NCBI RefSeq assembly: GCF_032444005.1
Contig: NC_091285.1
Location: 313,844,001-313,908,000 of the forward strand
Direction: 5' to 3'
Source of the DNA: Ranitomeya imitator
Taxonomy: Eukaryota
Length of the DNA stretch: 64,000 bases
The notes under the pieces were generated by a model. That model made no database searches. It saw only the letters and a list, made by a program, of their open reading frames with translations, and had not been told where the DNA came from. This document shows, in pieces, positions 26,172 to 39,153 of the stretch; position 1 is the stretch's first letter, and every line of letters starts with the position of its first letter. The position numbers and the translations under genes are program-made.

Positions 26172-28651
26172 CAGCGTCGGACTGGAGTAGCTTGGGCCCA
26201 CCAGAGAACATCATTCTAAGGGCCCACCATGCTTAAGGGCTACTAGCTGCAGAGTCTTCCCTTAGCTTCCATCTAGTCAAGCACCCTTATCTGCAGCAGA
26301 TAATTATGGGTACACAAGACAAGTGCTGCCGAACACAATGATATTCTGTAAGAACAAAGATTTTATTATTTAGACATGTGCCACATACACACACAAGTCA
26401 CACCCTAGACACAGGATAAATACACGTGACACACACCAGTCACACACTAAACACAGGATGCATACACGTGACACACACCAGTCACACACTAGACACAGGA
26501 TACTAACACGTGACACACACCAGTCACATGCTAGACACATGACACACTTACAAAGCATACAAACACCAGTCACACACTAGACACAGGATTAGAGATGAGC
26601 AGACCCTTGGATGTTCGGGTCCAGCCGAACAGTTAAAAAAAAGTCCAGGTTCGGGTACAGAACAGTACCCAGACCCCATTCATTTGAATGGGGGGCCCGA
26701 ACTTCCAGTGTTTACCACTCTGTGAGTTGCAAGACAGAGTGGCAAACACTGCTTCTGATCGGCGGTAAAATCATCCTCGCCAGTCAGACAGCTGAGGTCC
26801 ACATGCTGTCAAATGATCTGAACCCGCAGCTGTTATCGGAGGTATAGTTTACCTCCGGTTACTGGCGTCGGCTAACCTCATCGAGGTTACGGCAGGTCAC
26901 TGAGGCTGTGTTCCCAGCTGGGCCCCTGAACTGCAGTGGCCCTCATCATCCCTCCTTCTCCACACAGCCTCATCATCCGCCCTTCTCCACACGGCCTCAT
27001 CATCCCTCCTTCTCCACACGGCCTCATCATCCCTCCTTCTCCACACGGCCTCATCATCCCTCCTTCTCCACACGGCCTCATCATCCCTCCTTCTCCACAT
27101 GGCCTCATCATCCCTCCTTCTCCACACGGCCTCATCATCCCTCCTTCTCCACACGGCCTCATCATCCCTCCTTCTCCACACGGCCTCATCATCCCTCCTT
27201 CTCCACACGGCCTCATCATCCCTCCTTCTCCACACGGCCTCATCGTCCCTCCTTCTCCACATGGCCTCATCATCCCTCCTTCTCCACACGGCCTCATCAT
27301 CCCTCCTTCTCCACGCGGCCTCATCATCCCTCCTTCTCCACATGGCCTCATCATCCCTCCTTCTCCACGCGGCCTCATCATCCCTCCTTCTCCACGCGGC
27401 CTCATCATCCCTCCTTCTCCACACGGCCTCATCATCCCTCCTTCTCCACACAGCCTCATCATCCCTCCTTCTCCACACAGCCTCATCATCTGCCCTTTTC
27501 CACACAGCCCCTCGTCATCCCTCCTTCTCCACACAGCTCCTCATCACCCTCCTTCTCCACACGGCCTCATCATCCCTCCTTCTCCACACGGCCTCATCAT
27601 CCGCCCTTCTCCACACAGCCCCTCGTCATCCCTCCTCCTCCACACAGCTCCTCATCACCCTCCTTCTCCACACGGCCTCATCATCCGCCCTTCTCCACAC
27701 AGCCCCTCATTACCCCCCCTTTTCCACACAGACCCTCATCATCCCTCCTTCTCCACACAGCCCCTCATCATCCCTCCTTCTCCACACAGCCCCTCATCAT
27801 CCCTCCTTCTCCACACAGCCCCTCATCATCCCTCCTTCTCCACACAGCCCCTCATCATCCCTCCTTCTCCACACAGCCCCTCATCATCCCTCCTTCTCCA
27901 CACAGCCCCTCATCATCCCTCCTTCTCCACACAGCCTCTCATCATCTTCCCTATACAAGCCCCACTCTAGTTACATCAACCCTTTCCAAAACACATCCTC
28001 TCACCACTCACTGAATCCTGGGTCTTCATTCCTATTTGTTCAGGGGTTCATTGCGCAGCCCCTTGGTCCTCTCCTCACGGGGCTCCATGTGCAGCCTCTC
28101 ATTTCATTCCTCTCCAGCAGCCTGAGCCTCAGAACAACGCTGCTTCCTGGTCACTGGTCTGATGGAGGCCCCGCCCCTTCCAGTGACATCATGCCATTGC
28201 CCTCAGGCTCTAAAAATCAACTCCGCTCTAGAGGCTGTGTGCTGTGTGCAGTCTCACAGCCTGTGGCTCTGTGCTGTGCGTGGTGTGTTATTCCACACCC
28301 AGTGCCGGCCGTCTGCACTGCTCAGTAACAAGTGATGTGAGGTGAGCGCTTTCTCATCACCTGCTGCTGCCGCTTCTATTGATCTCATTCAGCACACCAC
28401 AGCTGATAGAGTGGTGAGTGCCACTAGATCAGCAGAAGCCGCAGCAAATGATGACAAAGCGCTCACATCACTTGTTACTGAGCAGTGCAGACGGCTGGCA
28501 CTGGGTATAGAATAAAGAACTAACCGCTGGGTGCAGGCACTAATAATGAATTGAATGAGGCAGGAGTCTGCTGCTGGTGAGGGGGAGGGCCCACTGGGAG
28601 GCGGGCCCACTGGAGGATTCTCCGATCTCCCGGTGGGCCAGTCCGAGCCTG
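26172..28651. mobile_element. Non-autonomous hAT element with internal minisatellite
   Basis: TIR cagcgtcggactgg / ccagtccgagcctg; exact 8-bp TSD CGTACATA (26164-26171, 28652-28659); inserted into a TACA/CA low-complexity tract. Confidence 0.88.
26937..27945. repeat. 27-bp minisatellite, roughly 37 copies
   Basis: Unit ggcctcatcatccctccttctccacac; variant cagcccctcatcatccctccttctccaca units towards the right end. Confidence 0.93.
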
Positions 28652-29100
28652 CGTACATACACATACACCGCACATACCTATACCATAAATACATATACTA
28701 TACATACACACACAGATACACATACATATACCATACATACATACACATATATACCGTACATATACACACAGATACACACACATATGCCGTACATACACAC
28801 ATACACCGAACATACATACACACACATATACCGTACATACATAAACACACTTATAAACACATATAGTATGCACATACCATAAACACATACATACACATAT
28901 ACCGTATATACACACATACATACACACATATTCATATACTGTAAATAGATACACACATAGATACATACAGATTCACACACGTAGATACACATACACATAT
29001 ACTGTACATACATACACACAGATACACACATATATACACAGATGTACACATACACAAACGAATACACACATATACATATACTGTACGTATATACACACAC
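28652..29100. repeat. CA/TA-rich low-complexity tract
   Basis: Degenerate tacacacata repeats, continuous in character with 26090-26171. Confidence 0.85.
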
Positions 29101-29316
29101 TGGAGGAGGTCGGCCTCATTACAGAGATCAGCTGGATAGGGCTGCACGCCCCACTTTGGGGGATGGGAACACAGCAGAGAGCACTGATATCAGGCTTCCC
29201 CCTGTCCTGTGTTGCCCCTTGCAGTGAGCCTCCTCCCCCGACCTCTTCTCTGAGATGCTGCAGCCTGCTGGTAATAAAACAGTGGAGTGAGCAGAAAACA
29301 CAATGTAAGTGACTTA

Positions 29317-30063
29317 GGGTACCGTCACACTATACGATTTACCTACGATCACGACTAGCGATACGACCTGGCCGTGATCGTTGGTAAGTCATAGTGTGGT
29401 CACTGGAGAGCTGTCACACAGACAGCTCTCCAGCGACCAACGATGCCGAGGTCCCCGGGTAACCAGGGTAAACATCGGGTTACTAAGCGCAGGACCGCGC
29501 TTAGTAACCCGATGTTTACCCTGGTTACCAGCGTAAAAAAAACCAAACAGTACATACTTACATTCTGGTGTCTGTCCCTTGCCGTCTGCTTCCCGCACTC
29601 ACTGACTGCCGGCCGTAAAGTGAAAGCACAGCACAGCGGTGACGTCACCGCTGTGCTCTGCTTTCACTTTACGGCCGGCAGTCACTGAGTGCGGGAAGCA
29701 GACGGCAAGGGACCTGACGGACACCGGAATGTAAGTATGTACTGTTTGTTTTTTTTTACATTTACGCTGGTAACCATGGTAAACATCGGGTTACTAAGCG
29801 CGGTCCTGCGCTTAGTAACCCGATGTTTAACCTGGTTACAAGCGAACGCATCGCTAGATCGGTGTCACACACACCGATCCAGCGATGACAGCGGGAGATC
29901 CAGCGACGAAAGAAAGTTCCAAACGATCTGCTACGACGTACGATTCTCAGCAGGATCCCTGATCGCTGCTGCGTGTCAGACACAGCGATATCGTATGGAT
30001 ATCGCTGGAACGTCACGAATCGTACCGTCGTAGCGACAAAAGTGCCACTGTGTGACGGTACCC
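29317..30063. mobile_element. PIF/Harbinger-type MITE with nested internal palindromes
   Basis: TIR gggtaccgtcacac / gtgtgacggtaccc, flanks tta/ata; repeated aacatcgggttactaagcgc...gcgcttagtaacccgatgtt hairpins. Confidence 0.8.
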
Positions 30064-31448
30064 ATAGTCTTGCTCTTCCTCCACTCTTGTTCCCTGTGTA
30101 CTCACCATTGGGACGCACTATGCAAGAGGACAGAGACGGCAGGAAGTGAGCGCTCTCATCAGTCTGGTGAGGGAAGCGTTCATTGGCCAGCATCTCTCCC
30201 TGCATAACACGCCCCCTTTCTGAACTCCCTCATTCAGCACACTGCTCTCTCCGCAGCTCTGGGTAGTTGCAACTTGCATGATTACATCCTGTAGGGGCCC
30301 CCCTCCACCTTCGGGCCTCGGTGCAGTTGACCTTACCTCTGGAACTCCCACTGACTTTGAGAGTCATAGAGATAGTGCCATTTTTAGCACTGAGTTTCTT
30401 CTAGATTCTCTGTTCATTTTCAGGATTGGTGGAGCTTCCAGTGGTCCAACAACCACCCCACCCTTCCCTGCCCCCCAGTGATCGTGAAGTTATGGCTTGT
30501 CACAATGAGGTATCTAAATATGTTTTATGGGCAAAAACACAAAAATTGAGCTTGGTTTAAGTTGGTATACATGCAGTACATAAACACATGTTCACATTGG
30601 CCATAAACATACAAAACCTACAACAAACAAAATAAACATAAACCCTGCTGTAACTAAATAAGTAAAAAAGCAAAAGTGCATTTAAATCACTCATAGTAAT
30701 ACTGTTTTTGATCAAAAATAGTATAAAAGCCATCCCACCACGTCAAGGTGACACTAATCAGGATGGTCCTACGCTGTCTAATATTGAAAACCTTAACATG
30801 TGCAGAATTGACCTCGGAGTGTGAATAAGGACAGATAAAACATAATTATGTTTATTATGTATATTTTGTTTCTTGCAGGTTTTGTTTTATGTGCAATTAG
30901 AGCTGGTCACTTATGTGAGATTGCAACATTACATATCATGAGAGCATCTTAAGATGATATTCTAAAAGGTGGGATATTTTAGTGCCTCCTTCCAGTTCTC
31001 CAATTACAAGTATAGGTAATTTTACGGTGTGTTTCAGAACTGGATTTTCTTTAACTAGAATTTGTACTTTCTGATTTGAGGGTTCTGTTAATAGTATCAT
31101 TTTTTGTTCTGCTAAATTTTGAAATACACGTTGTCGTTTGTGCAGCACTGTGTGCACTAATGATACAGTTGTGTTATTATAATAATACTACTGATGTGTC
31201 GTAACAAACAGCATTACCGGAAAATCACACTACTCTTAAAATATAATCCAATTTGTATGGATTATATTTCTGCTGCCAATTACTTTAGGGTGTGTTTGCA
31301 CAGGGCATCTTTTATCCATCATGGAATATATGATGTCACAGGGACAGATGGACAAACACCCACAGTTTATACAACACTTTTAAATGGAAATAGATATTTT
31401 TTGTTTTGGGTTGCGTTTTAGATGAATACGTTAACATGATTATAGTTG

Positions 31449-31450
31449 TG

Positions 31451-31512
<62 letters not shown>
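31449..31512. repeat. (TA)n microsatellite
   Basis: About 30 TA units at the TA insertion site of the adjacent Tc1. Confidence 0.95.
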
Positions 31513-31516
<4 letters not shown>

Positions 31517-33054
31517 GCATGTAAACGTTTGGGCACCTCTGGTTAAAATGACTGGTAATGATAACAGTTAGCAAGTTGAAGATTAAATGATTTCTTAAAA
31601 AACTAAAGTTAAAGTTGACACATTCCCTTTTTAGGCAAAACACATATACAGTATATTGTCATTTTTTACTCTTTCAAAATTACAAAAGGGAAAATGGGCC
31701 AATGCAAAAGTTTGGGCACCCAGCATAGTTAGTACCTAGTAGCACCCTTTTGCAAGTATCACAGCTTGCAAACGCTTTTTGTAGCCAGCTAAGAGTCTTT
31801 CAAATCTTATTTGAGTGATTTTCATCCATTCTTCCTTGGAAAAGTCTTCCAGTTCAGTGAAATTCCTGGGGTGTCTTGCATGCTCTACTATTTTGAGGTG
31901 TAACCCCAGATTTTCAACGATGTACAGATCAAGGGACTGTGAGGGCCATTGAAAAACCTTCAGCTTGCACATTTTGAGGTAGTCTTTTGTGGATTTTGTT
32001 GTGTGCTTAGTATCATTATCCATTTTTGGAAGCCATACGATTTTCATTTATAGATGGTGTTATGTTTGCATCAAGAATTTGTTGAAATTTAATTGAATCC
32101 ATTCTTCCCTCTCTCAGTGAAATGTTCCCCATGCCATTGGCAGCTACACAACACCAAATTCTCTACGCTTTTTTGTCCACACATATCTTTGGTCATTGTG
32201 GCTAGAGTTCTATTTTAACCTCGTCGGTCTAGAGGATTTGCTTCCAAAATGTATAAGGCTTGCTTAGGTGATCTTTTGCATACTTCTGATGATGAATTTT
32301 GTGGTGAAGACGCAGAAGATCTTTTCTTCTGATGACTCTTCCACGAAGGGCATATTTTTGCAGGTGTCTCAGAACAGTAGAACAATTTACCATAACTCCA
32401 GTGTCTGCTAAATCTTTCTGAAGGTGTTTTGCAGTCAAGCAGAAGTTCTGATTTGCCTCTCTATAAATCCCACGAGCAGCCCTCTCTGAAATTGTGCTTG
32501 GTCTTCCAGACCTTACCTTGACCTCCACTGTGCAGGTGTCTTCGAAAAACTCCAGAGTCTGCTAAATCTTTATGAAGGTCTTTTGCAGTTAAGCAGGGGT
32601 TCAGATATGCCTTTTTAGCAATCCTACAAGCAGCTGTCACTGAAATTTTGCTTAGTCTTCCAAACCTTATCTTGACCTCCACTGTTCCTTTTAGCTGCCA
32701 TTTCTTAATTGCATTTCGAACTGAGGAAAGGGCAACTTGAAAACGGGCAACTTCAAAACTCTTTGCTATCTTCATATAGCCTTCTCCTGCTTTGTGGGCC
32801 TCCGCCATTTTCATTTTCAGTGTACTAGCCAGCTGCTTAAAAGAACCCATTGCTGCTGTGTTTTGGCACAATTTGGCTGGGTTTAAAAAAGCTGGGACAT
32901 TTGCATCACCTAGCCTTTCCTAACGTTGATAGTGAGCAAGCCATAATCATAACAGGCTAATTAAGGTTTGAAACTTTAGTCAAAGATATATGACCACACA
33001 AATCTCTAAGGGTGCCCAAAATTTTGCATGGGCTCATATGCCTTTTTGTAACTT
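31513..33054 (-). mobile_element. Decayed Tc1 element
   Basis: Terminus agtggcatgtaaacgtttgggcacc; minus-strand fragments MAEAHKAGEGY..., VRSGRPSTIS..., DNDTKHTTKST...WPSQSLDLYIVENL with frameshifts; the other end is cut by a TTAA element. Confidence 0.85.
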
Positions 33055-34138
33055 TTAACCCCTTCCCAACATGCGCCGTACTAGTACTGCTCTGGGGGAA
33101 TGTATAAAAAAAATTTTTTTTTAAATCCCCAAATAAAGAAAAAAAATTAAATATTTTTCCAATAAATCCATTTATTTATGTAAATTAAAAAAAACAATAA
33201 GAGTACACATATTTGGTATCGCAGCGTCCGTAACGACCCGCTCTATAAAAATATCCCAGTAGCAGAGGCGTAGCTAGGGGTTCAGCTCAGGGGGGGCGAA
33301 ACATGTGAGTGGGCCCCTAACAGGCGGACATATCATTAGTGCAAACTATGCGGCAGCACATGGGCCCAAGAGTTAAGGGGGGCCTTTTCTACCTCTAAAT
33401 AAGGTGCAATTTTGTATTTTTAGAAGTTCTTGGGCTGCACAGGGCCCATATATTGTTCTTGCACATGGACCCTTTTCTGTCTGTGTCCACCTGTGGCCCT
33501 TAACTAGGTAACCATGATTGTAACTACGGTGGTATAGGGGAACCTCAGGAGATGACCGCACTGTTATTGAAAATAAATCTCTATACAATAACCAGCACTG
33601 ATATTACCGCCATACGGTAATACCATATAGTGGTAGAGACCAGTCCTGCATGACATAGAGAGATCACAGTACAGTTATAGATGGTGACTTATAGATGACG
33701 TTCTTTCCGGTGGAGCCATTCACTTTTCCCATCTGTGTATACTATTACTTCCACATTTTTCAGTCACCGCTCTGTGCATAGAGAGCGGCGGCTGTAACTG
33801 ATGCCCCGGGACAGACTGACAGCCGGTACAGCACTATCTGCCACCCAGTAGTTAGGCTTCAATGCTTCGTAAGTGCCTACTTAATATTTAGGAGTCCCCC
33901 TATGTACAGTAATGATGGCCCCAGCATCGCTGATGAGAGCAGGAGGTCATGTGACGATTTTCTTCTATTGAGAGAAGTCAAACTTGTCTAGTGAACACGT
34001 GCAAATAGCAAACGTGGTCGCATGACCGCCTGACCACACCAGTGGTCTTGGGGTCTCATGACGGCAGGTGCACCACATCATGGTTTGGCAGTCTGTAGAG
34101 TGACTGCAGACAATTATCCCAAGCCTTTAATAACTTAA

Positions 34139-34866
34139 AGGGAACCTGTCACCCCCCAGGGCCTATTAAGGTAAAAGAGCCACCTTCTTCAGCACTAAGG
34201 CTGCATTCTGTGAAGGTGGCTCTTATGTTTATCCCTTATAATAACGCTGAAATATTCACTTTTATAAATTGTGCGCCATACCCGTATTGTTGAGTCCGGG
34301 GGGTACGTTTTCTCCCCCTGACTCAGCCGCCTCGCAGCCGTTCATCATCCCACCGAGCACTGCCTCCTCTCTGTCTTGTGCCGTCACCGGCGCTCTGCAA
34401 TTATTTCTCGGTCATGCGCAGTGCGCGCTGCCCTGGAACTTATATCAAGTGATGTAAGTAGATCGCACCTGCGCACAGCGCCAGATTCCCAGCCCCGCAA
34501 TGTGAATACACCATAACACACTGCGGGGCGGGATCTCGGTCCTCCGCTACACGCAGGCGCGATATCAGTACATCAGCTGATGGGAGTTCCAGGGCAGCGC
34601 ACACGGCGCATGCCCGAAAAATGAGAGCCCAGCCCAGGCATCGGCGCCCGGTGGGATGATGGACGGCTTGGAGGCGGTTGTGTCCGGGGACAAAAGACGT
34701 ACCCCCAGACTCAATACAGGTATGGCACGCAATTTATAAAAGTGAATGTTTCAGCGTTATTAGGGAACAAAAACATAAGAGCCACCTTCACAGAATGCAG
34801 CCTTAGTGCTGAAGGTGGCTGGCTGTATTACCTTAATAGGCCCTGGGGGTGTGTGACAGGTTCCCT
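34139..34866. mobile_element. T2/Kolobok MITE nested in the hAT element
   Basis: TTAA|agggaacctgtcac ... gtgacaggttccct|TTAA, with long imperfect inverted arms. Confidence 0.88.
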
Positions 34867-35829
34867 TTAATAATTTAATTATAAGCAATTTATTCTTATA
34901 ACATAGAATACAGCCCGTGGTTACTGTATTGTTATACTTGTTAGGGGGCAGACAGACGGACATATTTCTCATGTGAGGATCGCATTGCAATCCTCGGACT
35001 GACTGTCGGCTCTCCTGACCTGAGGCTGACAGTTGCATAGTAATCTATCATGCTGTCAGGAGAGGTGTCAGGGCCAGTCCGAGGATTGCAATGCGCTCGT
35101 TGCATGAGTTATACAGTGTCTGTCTGCGCCCTTATGTTAATACTTATCCTTGTTATAGTAATATTAACCTTCTTTGCTATGCTTGTTTTACTAATACTTA
35201 TAAAAGACCCAGCTCGCAATAATAAAAAGCCCCCGACCTCCCCATCTCCAGCCCCCAAGACAGCAACTATTAGGGTATGTTTCCAAGGGGCGTATTGCTT
35301 GGGGTTTTGCTGGGGATTGGATGCTGTGTACATCCGCAGCATCGAAATTGCAGCTTCCAGATGTTACAGCATAGTGGAGAGGATTTTATTAAATCCCGTC
35401 TCCACTATGCGTACATAGACGCAGGTGGCAGGCATGCGTAACCGGACATGTGGCGCGTTTTTCTAGACAGCAGCATGTCTATTGATCTTGTGGAGATGCT
35501 CCGTCTCCACAAGATAAATAAAACAGTCTATGAATAGGATGTGGTGATTCCACCTGTGTTCAATGAATATATGCGGAATCACCGTGCGTACAACAGGGGG
35601 CAGCGCTTTAGGCAGAGCGGGGTATCTGCTGCTTCCAAAGCGCTGCCAATACACCTCGAGGACACATACCCTTACATATGATAGAGTGAATATCTCATAA
35701 CATTAAACAGTATAATAATAATCAGCCCCCAGTGCCCCCTCACCCACGTCAGCCCTCATAATACCCTCAAACTCTCCCATTCACCCCCAGTACACTGTCC
35801 CCCTCCCAGAATACCACCATCCTCTCTCA

Positions 35830-36535
35830 TTCAGCCCCACAGTGCCCTGTTCCCCTGCGCACCCACAATAACCCCCATCGTTTCACATTTACCCCACAGT
35901 GCCCTGTCCCCCTGCACACCTACAATAACCCCCATCGTTTCACATTTACCCCACAGTTCCCTGTCCCCCTGCACACCCACAATAACCCCCATCGTTTCAC
36001 ATTTACCCTACAGTGCCCTGTCCCCCTGCACACCCACAATAACCCCCATCGTTTCACATTTACCCCACAGTGCCCTGTCCCCCTGCACACCCACAATAAC
36101 CCCCATCGTTTCACATTTACCCCACAGTGCCCTGTCCCCCTGCACACCTACAATAACCCCCATCGTTTCACATTTACCCCACAGTGCCCTGTCCCCCTGC
36201 ACACCTACAATAACCCCCATCGTTTCACATTTACCCCACAGTGCCCTGTCCCCCTGCACACCTACAATAACCCCCATCGTTTCACATTTACCCCACAGTG
36301 CCCTGTCCCCCTGCACACCTACAATAACCCCCATCGTTTCACATTTCCCCACAGTGCCCTGTCCCCCTGCACACCTACAATAACCCCCATCGTTTCACAT
36401 TTACCCCACAGTGCCCTGTCCCCCTGCACACCTACAATAACCCCCATCGTTTCACATTTACCCCACAGTGCCCTGTCCCCCTGCACACCTACAATAACCC
36501 CCATCGTTTCACATTTACCCCACAGTGCCTTGTCC
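35830..36535. repeat. 57-bp minisatellite, about 12 copies
   Basis: Unit ccccacagtgccctgtccccctgcacacctacaataacccccatcgtttcacattta, highly homogeneous in the centre. Confidence 0.93.
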
Positions 36536-37652
36536 TCCTCTCCCACTTCAGCCCCTACAATAACACAATCCTCTCACATTCACCCCCACAGTGACCATGA
36601 TATGCCTAAACCGAATTACTCTAATAAACCCCATCCCCACTTACTGATGAAGTTTTCAGGCAGTGAGGAGAACCAGGAAGTGTCCAGATAGATGCAGGAG
36701 GGCACTAGGACCCAGCGTGCCTCAGCCAAACCAAACATAAGTAACTGCATCTGCTGCTGCCAGCCAGGAAGAGACTCCTTGGGTGAGACCACATCGCACT
36801 CTGCAGGAGGGGGGCTCTGCAGCCGGCATTGTGCTGCTCTCTCCCTGACACTTCGGCAGTGGATCTCCCAGTGGGCCCCTTCAGGTGACCGGGCCGGGGG
36901 CAATGGCCCCCTCTGCCCCCCCAGTAGCTACGCTTCTGCCCAGTAGTTAACCCCTTCAATGAACACCGTAAAAAAAATAAAAAACAATGCTTTAGCATCA
37001 TACTGCCTAACAAAAAGTGCAATAAAACGCAATGAAAATGACGGATGTAAATAAAAATGGTGATGAAAACGTCATCTTGTCCTGCAAAAATAAAAGCTGC
37101 CACACAGCTCCATCAGCAGAAAAATAAAAAAGTCATAGCTCTCAGAATAAAGATGCAAAAACAATGATTTTTATATATAAAATAGTTTTTGTGTAAAAGC
37201 ACCAAAACATAAAAAAAGATATAAAGTATATAAGTGTCACTGTAATCGTACATAATAAAACTTCTTTATCAATTTTACCACACGCAGAACGGAAAATTCA
37301 GGAATTGCTGCTTTTTGTTCATTCTGCCTCCCAAAAATCTCAATAAAAAGCGATCAAAAAATTGTCATGTGCCCAAAAATAGTACCAATAAAAACGTCAA
37401 CTCGTCCCACAAAAAACAAGACCTCACATGACTTTGTGAGCCACAATATGGATAAATTATAGCTCACAAAATGTGGTGATGCAAAAACTATTTTTTGCAA
37501 TAAAAAGCGTCTTTTACTGTGTAAGGGTAGCCAAACATAAAAACCCGCTATAAAACCCGCTATGAATAGTTAATCAAACCACCCTTTATCACCCCCTTAG
37601 TTAGGGAAAAATATTAAAATTAAAAAAAGTATTTGTTTCAATTTTCCCATTT

Positions 37653-37960
37653 GGGTTAGGGTTAGGGTTGGGGCTAAAGTTAGGGTTAGGGTTGGGGCTA
37701 GAGTTGGGGTTAGGGTTTGGGTTACATTTACAGTTGGGGTTAGGGTTGGGATTAGGGTTAGGGGTGTGTCAGGGTTAGGGATGTGATTAGGGTTATGGTT
37801 AGGGTTGGGATTAGGGTTAGGGGTGTGTTGAGGTTAGGGGTGTGTTTAGGGTGGGGATTAGGGTTAGGGGTTTGTTCAAGTTAGGGGTTTGGTTAGGGCT
37901 ATGGTTAACATTGGGATTAGGGTTAGGGGTGTGCTGGGGTTCGGGTTGGAGTTAGAATTG
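37653..37960 (+). repeat. Degenerate telomere-like (TTAGGG) array, interstitial
   Basis: About 20 exact TTAGGG hexamers mixed with TTGGGG and GGGGTGTGT variants. Confidence 0.85.
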
Positions 37961-38586
37961 GGGAATTTACACTATTTAGGCACATCAGGGGCTCTCCAAA
38001 TGCGACATGGTGTCTGATCTCAATTCCAGCCAATTTTGCTTTGAAAAGTCAAACAGCACTCCTTCCCTTCCGAGCTCTGCCGTGCGCCCAAACAGTGGTT
38101 TACCCCCACATATGGGGTATCAGCGTACTCAGGACAAATTGCACAACAATTTTTGGGGTACAATTTCTCCTGTTACCCTTGGTAAAATAAAAAGTGTGAG
38201 GTGGTCCCTGAAAAAAAGGGTTTTGAAAATGTTGTTGTGAAAATGAGAAATCACTGGTCAACTTTTAACTCTTATAACTTCCTAACAAAAAAATTATGTT
38301 TCCAAAATTGTGCTGATGTAAAGCAGACATGTAGGAAATGTTATTTATTAACTATTTTGTGTGATATGACTCTCTAATTTAAGGGCATAAAAACTAAAAG
38401 TTTGAAAATTGCGACATTTTCGCCAAATTTCCGTTCTTTTCACAAATAAACGCAAGTTATATTGAAGAAATTTTACCACTATCATAAAGTACAATATGTC
38501 ACGAGAAAATATTCTCAGAATCACCAAGATCCGTTGAAGCGTTTCTGAGTTATGACCTCATAAAGTGACAGTGGGCAGAATTGTTA

Positions 38587-38970
38587 GGTTATGTGCACAC
38601 GTTGCGGATTAGCCTGTGGAATTTTTTGTGCGGATTCTGCACCTCTTGGCAGAAAACGCAGGTGCGGATTTGATGCATTTTTTATGCGGATTTTGTGTGG
38701 ATTTACTGCAGATTTTGTGCGGATTTCATGCGTTTTTTACCCTTGCGGATTTCTATAATGGAATGGGTACAAAAACGCTGCAGATCCACACAAAAGAAGT
38801 GACATGCTACTTCTTTTAATCCGCAGCGTTTCAGCACGGAATTTTCCGCACCATTAGCACATCATTTTTTTTTTCATTGATTTACATTGTACTGTAAATC
38901 ACTTGCGGATCTGCAACATTTCTGCATGGTAAAAAACGCTGTGGATCCGCAGGAAATCTGCAACATAGCC
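38587..38970. mobile_element. Harbinger-type MITE
   Basis: tta|ggttatgtgcacacgttgcggatt start, caacatagcc end, internal gcggattt / aatccgc repeats. Confidence 0.55.
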
Positions 38971-39153
38971 AAAAAAATGGCCTGTCAGGAAGTTAAAATC
39001 ATGCTTCGGGGTGAAGGGGTTAAATTGTTAAAAATGACAATATACTTTTTTTTGCATAAAATACAAAGGAAATAAATCATCTCTACTTTTTGCCCTTTTA
39101 AAGATCATTTCATCTTCAACTTGCTTAACTGTTCACAATAAGGGTAAATTTAA

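Larger units (their letters stand above)
33263..36938. mobile_element. Non-autonomous hAT element (3.7 kb) with nested MITEs and minisatellite
   Basis: TIR cagaggcgtagcta / tagctacgcttctg; exact 8-bp TSD CCCAGTAG (33255-33262, 36939-36946). Confidence 0.88.
33059..39019. mobile_element. Composite TTAA-flanked, CCCCTT-terminated (piggyBac-type) non-autonomous element hosting nested insertions
   Basis: TTAA|ccccttc at 33059 and gaagggg|TTAA at 39019; sequence is continuous across the hAT insertion; a similar right end occurs near 60500-60587. May be more than one element. Confidence 0.6.

Noticed and set aside
26887-28328. Long ORFs of 202-409 aa on both strands (GLIIPPSPH, EAVWRRRDD and similar repeats)
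   Set aside because: They are translations of a stop-free 27-bp minisatellite inside a hAT element within a cftr intron; open in nearly all frames, with no coding signature.
28389-29227. His/Thr/Tyr- and Cys/Val-rich ORFs
   Set aside because: CA/TA low-complexity sequence.
35920-36546. 19-aa repeat ORFs (MGVIVGVQGDRALWGKCET)
   Set aside because: Product of the 57-bp minisatellite.
37653-37960. True telomere or chromosome-fusion site
   Set aside because: Short, degenerate, single orientation, and inside a transposon in the middle of a continuous gene.
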